A stretch of 64,000 bases of DNA. It comes from Octopus sinensis. Lineage: Eukaryota. The stretch covers positions 72,850,001 through 72,914,000 of the forward strand of contig NC_043006.1 of the NCBI RefSeq assembly GCF_006345805.1. Reading direction: 5' to 3'. The notes under the pieces are model-generated. The model ran no database searches. It saw only the letters and a program-made list of their open reading frames with translations, and had not been told where the DNA came from. The position numbers and the translations under genes are program-made. How positions within the stretch are numbered: the first letter of the stretch is position 1; the number at the start of each line of letters is the position of its first letter. Below, piece by piece: positions 27,866-39,014 of this stretch.

Positions 27866-28589
27866 ATGTAGAGAATTGTTGCTGAACAAGTCAAAAGAGA
27901 GAGAGAGCTATTTTGTAATCCCATCAAAGAAAGTTGTTGAAGCAGATTTTGTATGACGATTCTAACTTGTTTTTCAAGTAAGGAAATTTTTTTCATTCCA
28001 CTGGTCCTCCTGTCTCCACTGAACAATGGAATGTTTGTGAAAGGAGAAAGTAAATACCTTTGCTTTTTGCTCAGATGGTGGTAATGATAGCATATAGAAT
28101 TGACATTCATATTCACACATACGCTCTCACATATATGCGTGTGTGTGTGTTTTGTATAAATTATGTTAGCTTTGAGGAGAATAGTTTAGTAGTTAGTAGG
28201 TCTGTAGTTGTAGCTAATTCATTGATCAAGTGAGGGACCGATTAAACCTGCAAACTGCAATGTGCAATGGTTGCATTATGCTAAACTGTTTGAAACATGT
28301 AAGCTAAATAAATTATTGATAATGCATCTTCATTCTTTGTCATATATATACTCACACACACACACACACTGAACTCAGTTGCAGTTTTTGTCTTGCTATC
28401 ACACTCATAAGTCATTAGTTAGTTTGAGATATAATAGAAGACACTTTCCAAGTGTGGGACTGAACTTCAAAACCATTTAGTTATGAAGCAAACATCATAA
28501 CCGTAAAATTGTGCAGGATGTTTTTATAATACAATGATGGTAGTTGGTTACGAACAACGAAAGCTCTAATGCAAGTCCACCTCGACTTT

Positions 28590-28599
28590 CTGATTGGCT
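28590..28599 (-). promoter_or_regulatory. CCAAT (NF-Y-type) box, possible internal promoter
   Basis: CTGATTGGCT = AGCCAATCAG on the minus strand, in unique CpG-containing sequence about 230 bp upstream of the microexon. A single motif only. Confidence 0.2.
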
Positions 28600-28828
28600 G
28601 GCAGTTAACACTATATCTTTTTTCAACTGATCCTCAAAATATTTACTTATTCCTTAGGTTAAATAAATTTCAAGGTTGTTGAAAATAGTTAACAAATACA
28701 AGCTTTTGAAATTGACTAATTAAATTATGAATTCAAAGGGTTATATAGTCAAAGCTATTTTATATTGAAAATGTAGTGGTTATATCATTGATGCTTTTCA
28801 TGTGCCTTACAAAATACTTTGTTTGTAG

Positions 28829-28861
28829 CTATCGATGGAATCGTCATCGTAAAGGGCTAAG
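28829..28861 (+). CDS. Candidate 33-nt in-frame microexon (S-YRWNRHRKGL-S)
   Basis: Acceptor tactttgtttgtag (28828), donor AAG|GTAAGC (28861/28862), length divisible by 3, phase 2-2, stop-free in the gene frame, CpG-rich relative to flanks. Confidence 0.55.
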
Positions 28862-29984
28862 GTAAGCCAGAAACAGATTCTCAAAAATGTCTTCCTTGAT
28901 GTTGAGTTATTCCACCAATACCTTATGTCAATATGTGCCATACACTGCTGTATTCACCTGCTTAAACAAAGCTGTTAGCTTTTCCTATATCCATGTTTAC
29001 CCTCCATTTCACACGCTGATTTGCTTGTATAGTACATTTGTGCTCTTCGTGTTTGAATTACTCTTTGCTGTGTGCAAGCTGCTTGTTTTTATGTGAATTA
29101 ATTTATGCACAGGATTTTGTGTGTCAGGACTTTCCCCTGGTATTTTGACTCTTGAGTGTAGCATTTCATCAAATTTGCTATAAGTACAGATAGGAATGGA
29201 AATAATTTTAAGTGTTAGCATTACATGTCAACTATGCCTGAAGCCATTGTAATGAGTGAGTGGTAAGTGGGTGGGTATGTATTGTTTTAACCATTTCAAC
29301 ACATCATTGTTTGGTTCCTGTTTAGAGCTATGATCAAATTCGTTCCAGTTTTGACCAGCCAATGTTGATTTCAGATATGCAAACCAAAAATCAAAGTTTT
29401 TTAGTGATCTCTGGGGCTATGCTATCTCAATGTATTCTTCCTTTCTTTAAGGTGTCATTTGAGAGAGATTTCCCTTCTATTTCTTGCAAATGGGGTAACC
29501 ACATAGATGCCCCCTCATTTCATTCATTAGCTTATACGGTTGAGCTGAAATCTTTCCATGGACAAAAATGGCATCTTAAGTAAGAAAAGGAAGTTGTCTT
29601 TCATATCATTCAGTACAATAAAATTTTTTTAAAGTTTCTAGAAAAAGCAAGAGACAGAATCTTCAAAATAAAACTATTTAGAACTCTGTTGTAATCTTTT
29701 CTGAAGCTTTTGTTGATTTGCTTTCACTGATATTGGTGGTTTTAGTTTGTTTCTTGGCTTCTAAAAATTAGCTTGAACAACAATATATCTATTGCAGCTT
29801 CTCTCTCTTTCTCTTTATAAGAACTAAGCTAGCAAGAAGCTGTGCTTTTTCATATAAAATCCATGTTAACATCCACACAAACTACTTTTTTATATAACAT
29901 GTATTTAGCCGATGTCTTGGCCACAGGTCTGGCATTTAAAGGAACACAGACACAGGAATTTGTGGTGGTGGTGATTCCCTATCA

Positions 29985-30170
29985 TATTTCCTCCTCCTCC
30001 ACTTTCTTTTCCTCCTCCCTTCCTCTACTCCTTCTCTTCCTTCTCTCCGCCTCTTCCTCTGTCTTTTCCTCTACCTTCTCTTCTTCCTCCTCTCCACTTC
30101 TTCCTCCACTTTTTCTTCCTCTACCTTCTCTTCCTCTTCTACCTTCTTTAAACCTCCTCCTCCACATACT
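29985..30170. repeat. CT-rich polypyrimidine low-complexity tract
   Basis: Direct reading. Confidence 0.9.
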
Positions 30171-30499
30171 CTTCGAGACTGGATACCATACATTATAATC
30201 TACTTCCTGTAATTGTTGTAGTTACAGCAGTGAAAATTACATTGGTATCAAATCCCTAAATTATTGGACAAGGTGGGGGGGGGCAGTTAGGTAAAATTGA
30301 CAGTGGTACACAGCTAAATACTCACTGTTATCCTTTTCCAACTCGACTGCAGAATAAAATGAAATGGCAAAGTCAACCTCAGCAGCATTTGAACTCCGAA
30401 TGTAGACTCGAAAGAAATACTGCTAAGCATTTTGTCTGGCACTGTAACAGTTCTGCCAGTTTACCACCTTAATAATGATGGTGATGATGATGATGATGA

Positions 30500-30850
30500 T
30501 CATCATCATCATCGTTTAGCGTCCGCTTTCCATGCTAGCATGGGTTGGATAATTCAACTGGGGTCTGGGGAGCCAGAAGGCTGCATCATGCCCAGTCTGA
30601 TCTGGCAGTGTTTCTACGGCTGGATGTCCTTCCTAACGCCAACCACTCCGTGAGTGTAGTGGGTGTTTTTTACGTGCCAGACGAGGCTGGCAAACGGCCA
30701 CGATCAGATGGTGCTTTTTACGTGCCACCGGCACAAGGCCAGTCGGAGCGGAACTGGCAACGGCCACGTTCGGATGGTTCTCTTACGTACCACCGGTACT
30801 GGTATCACAGCTGCAATTTCCATTGATGTTGATCGATTTCGATTTTGATT
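30500..30850 (-). mobile_element. SINE-C
   Basis: Family consensus match. Confidence 0.85.
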
Positions 30851-30894
30851 TGGAGGAGGAGGAGGATGATGATGATGATGATGATGATCCTTTC

Positions 30895-31345
30895 TATTTT
30901 AGGCACAAGGCCTGAAATTTGGGATGCTGGGGGTAATAGTCAATTACATCAACTCCAGTACTCAACTGGTACTTATTTAATCGACCCCGAAAGGATGAAA
31001 GGCAAAGTCGACCTCAGCGGAATTTGAACTCAGAACACAGTGACGGGCGAAATACCATTAAGCATTTCGTCCGGTGTGCTAACAATTCTGCCAGCTCGCC
31101 CCCTTCATAATAATAATAATAATGACGATGGTAATAGTAAGAATCCTTTCTATTATAGGCACAAGGCCTAAAATTTTTGGGTAGAGGCTAGTTGATTACA
31201 TTGACCCCAGTGTTTAATGGGGTTTATCAACCTTGAAAGGCAAAGCTGACCTCAGCAGCATTAGAACTCAGAATGTTATGTTGAAAGAACTGCAGCTCAG
31301 CATTTTGTCTGGTGCATCAACAGTTCTGCCCGCTTGACACCTTGA
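30895..31345 (-). mobile_element. Two SINE-B copies
   Basis: Core and head motifs twice. Confidence 0.8.
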
Positions 31346-31724
31346 TGATGATGATGATAATAATAACGATGTTGATAGTAGTAATAATGATGATGTTGAT
31401 GAGGATAACAATTTATAATAATTGTTTACTTTTGCTTTGTTTTTCTGTGTTTCATATTTTTAATAAATAATATTTCTTAATGTGCTAAACAAAAAAAAAA
31501 CAAACACCCCCATAACCTGCTTCACTATTTGACTACCAAACTTTTGTATTTTTTAACAATTTTCTATCGTCTTTCTTATTTGTTGTGTGAGTGCCATGTC
31601 TGTGCCTAAACTTGTGTTCTCCATTTAAATATTGTCTTCTAATAACCTCTTTTTATCTTTTTCTTACCTTTCTTTTTTTTACATCACTTTATTATTGTTT
31701 TTCTGTTTTATTTATATTTATATA

Positions 31725-31992
31725 GTTCTATATTTAAGAGATGAGGAATTATGTACATTATTTATATTTGATGGATATTTGTCCTCATCTTGTTTGTTGT
31801 TAACACAACATTTCGGCTGATATACCGTCCAGCCCTCATCAGGTGTCTTGGGGGAAATTTCAAACCTGGGTTCTCATTCCTAAGGTATTTTTCGATGTTA
31901 TTATTATTATTATTATTCAGGTCACTGCCTGGAACTGAACTCGGAATCCTGGAGTTAGTAGACTGCGCTCTTAGCCACTACGCCATATGCCC
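31725..31992 (-). mobile_element. tRNA-headed SINE-like element with a degenerate hammerhead-core tail
   Basis: Minus strand: GGGCATATGGCGTAGTGGCTAAG (A box) ... GAGTTCAGTTCC (B box-like), (AAT)n, then CTGATGA-G-GGCTG-loop-CAGCC-GAAA-TGTTGT-GTTA-ACAACA; no UH triplet or stem I partner found. Confidence 0.55.
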
Positions 31993-33002
31993 TTTTACAT
32001 TTCGAGTTCAAATCCCATCCAGATCCAGTGATTTATTTCAGTTCTTCCTTGTTGATTTCTCTTGAATATTCTTTCAGAAATGTTTTATTTCATCACTTTC
32101 TCTGCATCATTACCTGCCAACACACATTTTATACTATATATCGTAACTGTAGCTAGATAATTAATCATGTTGATTATGTGATGACATACGAGAAAAATAT
32201 CATATTAAGAGAATACATGATTACATGATAGAATGTTATCATCTGGCAATATGAATGAATTATAGGGTATTTTGGAATAGTAATTTATTGTAGACATCTA
32301 AATTGTTTTTGTTACATAATGGAAAATTTTCTGATTTTTTCTTTGTGGTGTATGTGTGAATTAGGTATATAAATAACAGTAAAAGTTTGAATGAAAATAA
32401 TCTCTGTTAGACAGTGCTAGACTGGGGGAGTAAATAAGCATCTGTTCTCAAGATTTTACCATTATTCCTATCTATCTCCTTCCTGTTCCTAAGATGATAG
32501 TGTTTGGAATGTTAGCAACTGGGACGGTAGTGGTGTTGGTGGTGGTGATGGATAATGAAAATGAACTCCGGGAAGCAAGTTTATGCTAAAGCTGCACCTA
32601 GGATTTATGTTTGTGGTTAGGTTAGGTTAAGGGCATTCAGAAAAAGATCAGAAGAGATGATATCTTTGGTGACTAGTGAAGTGAACTGGCGTATGTAATT
32701 TGTAGAAACTTGAGGTAGAGGATTACTAATAAATATCCCTGTTTGCACAGTAGTCAAGTATATGAAAGCAGTGGTACTAAAGACATGAAAGGACTTGTGT
32801 TGAAGTGTATAGAATCTGATATATTTGTCACAGAATTATGTGTAACTGTTTTGTGTGTAATACACAGGCATGGCAGCATGGTTAAGAAGCTTGTTTCTCA
32901 ACCATATGTTCTTGGGTTCAGTCCTATTGTGTGGCGCGCGTGCATGCACAGACACACAAACATACCATATACGGAAATATGATGGATTTTTTTTTTATTT
33001 TC

Positions 33003-33400
33003 CTATTTCTTTATTGCCCACAAGGGGCTAAACATAGAGGGGACAAACAAGGACAGACAAAGGGATTAAGTCGATTACATCGACCCCAGTGCGTAACTGG
33101 TACTTAATTTATCGACCCCGAAAGGATGAAAGGCTAAGTTGACCTTAGCAGGATTTGAATTCAGAACGTAAAGACAGATGAAATACCTATTTCTTTACTA
33201 CCCACAAGGGGCTAAACACAGAGAGGACAGACAAATGGATTAAGTCAATTATATCGACCCCAGTGCGTAACTGGTACTTAATTTACCAATCCCGAAAGGA
33301 TGAAAGGCAAAGTTGACCCCGGCGGGATTTGAACTCAGAACGTAAAGACAGACGAAATACCGCTAAGCATTTTGCCTGGTTTGCTAACATTATATATAAA
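33003..33400 (-). mobile_element. Tandem SINE-B dimer
   Basis: Two head-to-tail copies of tail+core. Confidence 0.85.
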
Positions 33401-34994
33401 TAAGTGCTCGCCGCCTTGTTAGTTTTTTTTTTTAGTTTCCATCTTCCAAATCCATTCTCAAAACTCTGGTCAGTTTGAGGCTATAATAGGAGACTCTTAC
33501 ACAAGGTGCCATGCAGTGGGGCTGAACCCCAAACCATGTGGTTGAGAAACAAACTTCTGATTCTACATCACCACTTATATCACTTTTCCAGTTCCACCCA
33601 GTCATTCTCCCCACCTTCTTTGGTTAAATGTTAGTAGGCACGCAGCTCTTCTACAGCAAAAGACCTGTTGTACTCCAGTCCTTTTCTCTTATACTTTCCC
33701 CCTCTCTAATTATTCTTCTACATAAAGTTGCCCACCACCACCACCACCATCACCACACCACTCTGGTCAAAGTCTTGTGAGCTGCATTGTAACCTTAATA
33801 GTGCTGGTGGTATAAAAAAGCCTCCGCACCCTCCCAGTACCTGCTGTTATGTGGTTGGCATTATGAAGGGCATCCAGACACTGAAACATAATGCAGTCCT
33901 TGGGCCCATTGAATCTTGTCAAACCACCCAACCCATGCCAGCATGGAACAGGTAACATGGACATTAAATGATGGTGGAGGTAGAGACTGGAAATTACAAG
34001 TAAGGTAATAATGCTGTATGCATACTCAAATATCTTCTGCTCTCATTTTCACCACTGTCTTGGTATGATAGAAGAAGAAATAGTTTTAAGTCAGTAGTAC
34101 AAACACAGTCATAGTAACCTCTAATCTCTTCTGAATTTACTCCAATAACTTTCACATGTTTCTTTCTGAAAGATGGCATGGTAGTGTTGGTGGTGGTACT
34201 GATTGTGTCTAGTAGACTGGTAATCTTATATTAATGCTATTATCCTTTGAGAGTCTATACCCTAATCCCTCACTCACCATGAGGCATTGAATTACAAAGG
34301 AAAGGAGAAACACAAAACAAAACAAAAGAAAAGAAACTCACAGATAGAAAACATTGAAATTCACTGTACTGATTTCAACTGTGATCTATATCTACAACGG
34401 GAACAGCTCATTGGTATGTTGAATGCACTTTGCAGAAATTACACTTTGCCACCTCAAAGACTCCTCACCTCTTAGTCACACTATTTCTCTTACTCTCTCT
34501 CTCTTTCTTTCGTTCTTAAATGAGGTAGAAATCTGTTATATGGAAGCATTATTTTTAGTAGTTTCAAGGCAGCAAGCTGGCAGAATCGTTAGCATCGGAG
34601 AAGATGCTTAACTGCAATTCCTCAGGCTCTTTACTTTCAGAGCTCAAATTGTGCTGAGGTCAACTTTGCCTTTCATCCTTTCAGGGTTGATAAAATAAAG
34701 TACAAGTCAAGGACTGGAGTTGATGGAATTGATTTGCACCTCCCATCAAAATAGTTAGCCTTATGCCAAAATTAGAAAGAACTAAATTTAGTAAGTTTCA
34801 AACTGTTTAACGAACCAGTGTTAGATGATTGATAGCAACAGAAGGTGTATTAATACCCAAAAGGTAATATTAATCCCCACTTAAAAGTCAATGTTGTGTT
34901 GGAACACAAAATACTGTGTTGTCTTCAACCACCATTATTACACATATTTGTGTTGCACTGTATCTATAGCTATGAAATATTTTATACTTATGTG

Positions 34995-35142
34995 TTGGCA
35001 TTAGGAAGGGCATCCAGCTGTAGAAACATTGCCAAATTAGACTGGAGCCTGGTGCAGCCTTCTGGCTTCCCAGAACCCCGGTCGAACCGTCCAACCCATG
35101 CTAGCATGGAGAACGGACGTTAAACGACGATGATGATGATGA
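34995..35142 (+). mobile_element. SINE-C 3' part
   Basis: Family consensus match. Confidence 0.85.
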
Positions 35143-35169
35143 TGTGTGCAAGCACCTTCAACACCATAC

Positions 35170-35200
<31 letters not shown>

Positions 35201-35240
35201 GCTTATATAAGAAGGCACCACTTAAATGTTTCTACTAAAT

Positions 35241-35287
<47 letters not shown>

Positions 35288-35737
35288 TACACACATATAT
35301 ATACATACATATACATACATACATATGTATATGTAAAACCCTTAAAAACTTCTGTAGTGCTATCACACATACACAAAATTTCAAATGTTATCTAATAGAA
35401 CACATTCAGTTATTGTGCTATCATTTAAAATGCCATTATTATCTAAAGAAAGGATGGTGTTGGAAGATAATGGAATTTAGCAAGAGAGCTAGATTGAGTG
35501 AAATAGTCTTGAACTTGTTTATGCATTTTTTTATTTTTATTTTTGGTAATGTTGAATGAATATACCCTAGCAACAGAGGCAGTATTAATACAAAGAGGTA
35601 ATATTTATCCCTTAGAACAAATTATTCTTCAGTATTTACCATGAGAGAAACTATCAAATTGGGTTTTTCTTTTCTTTTTTTTGGTGCAAATGCACTTTTA
35701 TTTATATCGCTAACAGGGAGATAAATCCCTACTACAT

Positions 35738-35810
35738 CCAGCACTAAGAACATCAGATCATGTGATTTCAACCTTGTTTGGTCTTATCAGTGATGGACAC
35801 TCAGTGCTAG
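35738..35810 (-). ncRNA. Type I hammerhead ribozyme fold, unit 1 (G8A variant)
   Basis: Minus strand: stem I CCAUCA/UGAUGU plus distal CUAGCACUGAG/CUUAGUGCUGG; core CUGAUAA; stem II GACC-AAACAA-GGUU; GAAA; stem III AUCA-CA-UGAU; AUC triplet at 35758-35756. Confidence 0.7.
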
Positions 35811-36093
35811 AGACAACAGTGATTCATCTCCCTGCTAGCAATGTATACACTGACACTGCTAAAACAGGCACTGGTGTTGTGATTAGCCAGTTAGCTTGTT
35901 AAAAAACATACATTAGTGTTGGAGGTAATATTAAAACCAGTACGTAATATTTATTCCCACTTAAACACGCATGTTCTATGTGAACAAACTTTGCTGCATA
36001 GTTATCACAAGAGAAACTCTTAAATTGGCTTTTTTGGGATGCAAAATTCATGCTTGTTTATATCGCTAGCAGAGAAATAAATCCCTACTACAT

Positions 36094-36166
36094 CCAGCAC
36101 TAAGACCATCAGATCATGTGATTTCGACCTTGTTTGGTTTTATCAGTGATGGACGCTCAGTGTTAG
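36094..36166 (-). ncRNA. Type I hammerhead ribozyme fold, unit 2 (G8A, A10.1-C11.1 mismatch)
   Basis: Stem I CCAUCA/UGAUGG plus CACUGAG/CUUAGUG; core CUGAUAA; stem II AACC-AAACAA-GGUC; GAAA; stem III AUCA-CA-UGAU; AUC triplet at 36114-36112, exactly 356 nt from unit 1. Confidence 0.7.
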
Positions 36167-36338
36167 AGACAGCAGTGATTCATCTCCCTGTGAGCAATGT
36201 ATAGATTGGCACTACCAAAACAGGCACTGATGTTGCGATTAGCCAGTTAGCTTGTTAAAAAATATACATTAGTGTCAGAGGTAATATTAAAACCAATTCA
36301 TAATATTTATTCCCACTTAAACATGCATGTTTTATATG

Positions 36339-36722
36339 TAGGAGTGGCTGTGTGGTAAGTAGCTTGCTTACCAACCACATGGTTCCAGGTTCAGTCCCAC
36401 TGTGTGGCACCTTGGGCAAGTGTCTTCTATTACAGCCTCGGGCCAACCAAAGCCTTGTGAGTGGATTTGGTAGACCTAAACTGAAAGAAGTCTGTCGTAT
36501 ATAGGTATATGATTGTGTGTCTGTGTTTGTCCCCCCAACATTGCTTGACAACCGATGCTGGTGTGTTTACGTCCCCGTAACTTAGTGGTTTGGCAAAAGA
36601 GACCGATAGAATAAGTACTAGGCTTACAAAGAATAAGTCCTGGGGTCGATTTGCTCAACTAAAGGCGGTACTCCAGCATGGCCACAGTCATATCACTGAA
36701 ACAAGTAAAGGAGTAAAAGAGA
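36339..36722 (+). mobile_element. SINE-A inserted in the 356-bp tandem array
   Basis: Splits catgttttatatg / tatgaacaaactttgc, which is contiguous in unit 1. Confidence 0.9.
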
Positions 36723-36944
36723 GTATGAACAAACTTTGCTGCGTAGTTGTCACAAGAGAAATTCTTACATTGGCAAACAGAATTATATCCTGAGTTACTT
36801 GGAAAACAGTAAGTGTTAACAATATACTGTGAAAACATAGCTTTGTAATTAAGAAGCTAGTTTTACAACAATGTGGTTTTGAGTTGTACCCCCCACTGTG
36901 TAACACTTTGGATTAGTGTCTTCTGTAGCACTGGACCAACTAAT

Positions 36945-37190
36945 ACCTATTTCTTTACTACCCACAAGGGGCTAAACACAGAGGGACAAACAAGGACAGA
37001 CAAAGGTATTAAGTCGATTATATTGACCCCAGTGCATAACTGGTACTTATTTAATCAACCCCGAAAGGATGAAAGGCAAAGTCAATCTCAGCAGAATTTG
37101 AACTCAGAACGTAACTGCAGACGAAATGCGGCTTTGCATTTCGCCCGGCGTGCTAACAATTCTGCCAGCTCGCCACCTTATACCAACTAA
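36945..37190 (-). mobile_element. SINE-B
   Basis: Family consensus match. Confidence 0.85.
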
Positions 37191-37684
37191 TACCTTGTGA
37201 ATGAATTTGTAGATGGAAACTGTGTGGTAGCCTGTTATGTGTGTTCTTGTGTTTGTCTCTCATCTCCAACACCATTTGGTAACTGGTGTTGGTTTGATTA
37301 CATCTCTGTAACTCAGTAGTTCAGCAACAGAGTCTGATAGAGTAAGTGCCGGGCTCTGAAAATGTGCACTGGGGTTGATGTGTCAGAGTAAACCTTGTTG
37401 GCCCAAGGCTGTAGTTGAAAGCACTTGTCCAAGTTGCCATGCAGTAGGAGTGAACCTGGTACCATGTGGTTGGGAAACAAACTTCTTACCACACAGCCAC
37501 ACCTGTTATGTATGTATATTGGTACGTTGGCTATAAAACCCTGTAAACTGGTATGTTCAAACAAAAATACTTTCTGGTGTTTATTCTGTCCAAGTTGTGT
37601 AGACACTCCCACCATCTGGATTTTAATGAGTCTGTGATTGGCTCTTTGGAAACATAACTTAACCAATAATGTTAGTATTCACAA

Positions 37685-38080
37685 GGCAGTGAGCTGGCAG
37701 AAATGTTAGCATGCCAGGCGAAATTTTTTGCGGAATTTTGTCTGCCGCTACGTTCTGAGTTCAAATTCCGCCAAGGTCGACTTTGCCTTTCATCCTTTCG
37801 GGGTCAATTAAATAAGTACCAGTTATGCACTGGGGTCGATATAATCGACTTAATCCATTTCTGTTCTTGTTTGTCCTCTCTGTATTTAGCCCTTGTGGGT
37901 AGTAAAGAAATAGGTATTTTGTCTGCCTTTACATTCAGAGTTCAAATTCTGCCGAGGTCGACTTTGCCTTTCATCCTTTTGGGGGTTGATGAATTGAGTA
38001 CCAGTTGCGCACTGGGGTTGATCTAATTGACTGGCCCCTCCCCCAAACATTTCAGGCCTTGTGCCTAGAGTAGAAAAGAA
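37685..38080 (+). mobile_element. Tandem SINE-B dimer with two different tails
   Basis: First copy has the TTGTCC...CCTTGTGGGTAGTAAAGAAATA tail, second the CCCCTCCCCC...AGGCCTTGTGCC tail. Confidence 0.85.
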
Positions 38081-38272
38081 TAATGTTAGTGTTCACAAAG
38101 GGCATGATATAAAAAGCAAATATGTTAATGATATCAGAATTAGAAGGAAATATGTCTAGAGTCATCTTGCATATTTACTGAAGACAGGAAAATATTGACA
38201 AATATTTTCCCCACCTCACTGGATATTTATTTCTGCTAAACTTTGATACTTGCTATATTCAATATACCTTGA

Positions 38273-38873
38273 CCCATCAGCATTCAGATTACTCTGTCCA
38301 ATCTAATGTTTATTTATTCATTGGACAGTTCAATCGGGTTCTGGGAAGTCAGGAGGCTGCACCAGGCTCCAGTCTGATCTGGCACCTTGTGCAGCCTCCT
38401 GGCTTCCCAGACCCCGGTTGAATCGTCCAACCGATGCTAGCATGGAAAACGGACGTTAAACGATGATGATGATGATGATGATGATGTTTCATAATCATCA
38501 TCTAACGTCTGTTGTCCATGCTGGCATCGACTGTTTGACTGGGCTGTCATGCTGGAAAGCTGCACCAGGCTCCAATCTGATCTCGCAGAGTTTCTACAGC
38601 TGGATGCCCTTCCTAATGCCAACCACTCCGAGACTGTAATGGGTGCTCTCATGTGCCACTGGCATGGGTGCCATTTGCGCGACACTGGTATCTGCCACAC
38701 TGTGATTTTGCTTGGTTTGATGGGTTTTCTCAAGTATGACATAGTGCCAAAGGCCCTGGTTGTCTTTAATTAATCATGCATTAGTGATGTGACCACTTAT
38801 TTTTAGAATGATATTATAGGGAAGGTGTAAGAGGCTAGATCTGGCCAGTTTGAACATAAAACAAGCAGAAGGG
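38273..38873. mobile_element. piggyBac-type MITE family 2 interrupted by SINE-C copies
   Basis: CCCATCAGCATTCAGATTACTCTG left end; GAAGGG|TTAA right end. Confidence 0.6.
38321..38770. mobile_element. SINE-C with fold-back inversion plus a second, tail-to-tail copy
   Basis: 44-bp inverted arms 38321-38364 / 38387-38430; (GAT)n then (CAT)n and a minus copy to about 38770. Confidence 0.8.
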
Positions 38874-39014
38874 TTAAATGTTAGTTACCTTTTGATTCAG
38901 ACATAGGTAACTAGGTCTGTGGACTGAGTATGTTAAATCTTGACTTTTCTGATTCCTTAATTTAGGGTACCACCATCTCTGACTCCTCTATTTATAATTG
39001 GATAATCATATAGG

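Larger units (their letters stand above)
35575..36790 (-). repeat. 356-bp tandem repeat array (two full units plus degenerate flanking parts), retrozyme-like
   Basis: tttatatcgc...tgcttg unit starts at 35701 and 36057; continuation after a SINE inserted at about 36339-36722; degenerate partial unit 35575-35700 and remnant near 34845-34900. Confidence 0.9.

Noticed and set aside
32616-32632. (TTAGG)n telomere-like run
   Set aside because: About three units only; compatible with chance.
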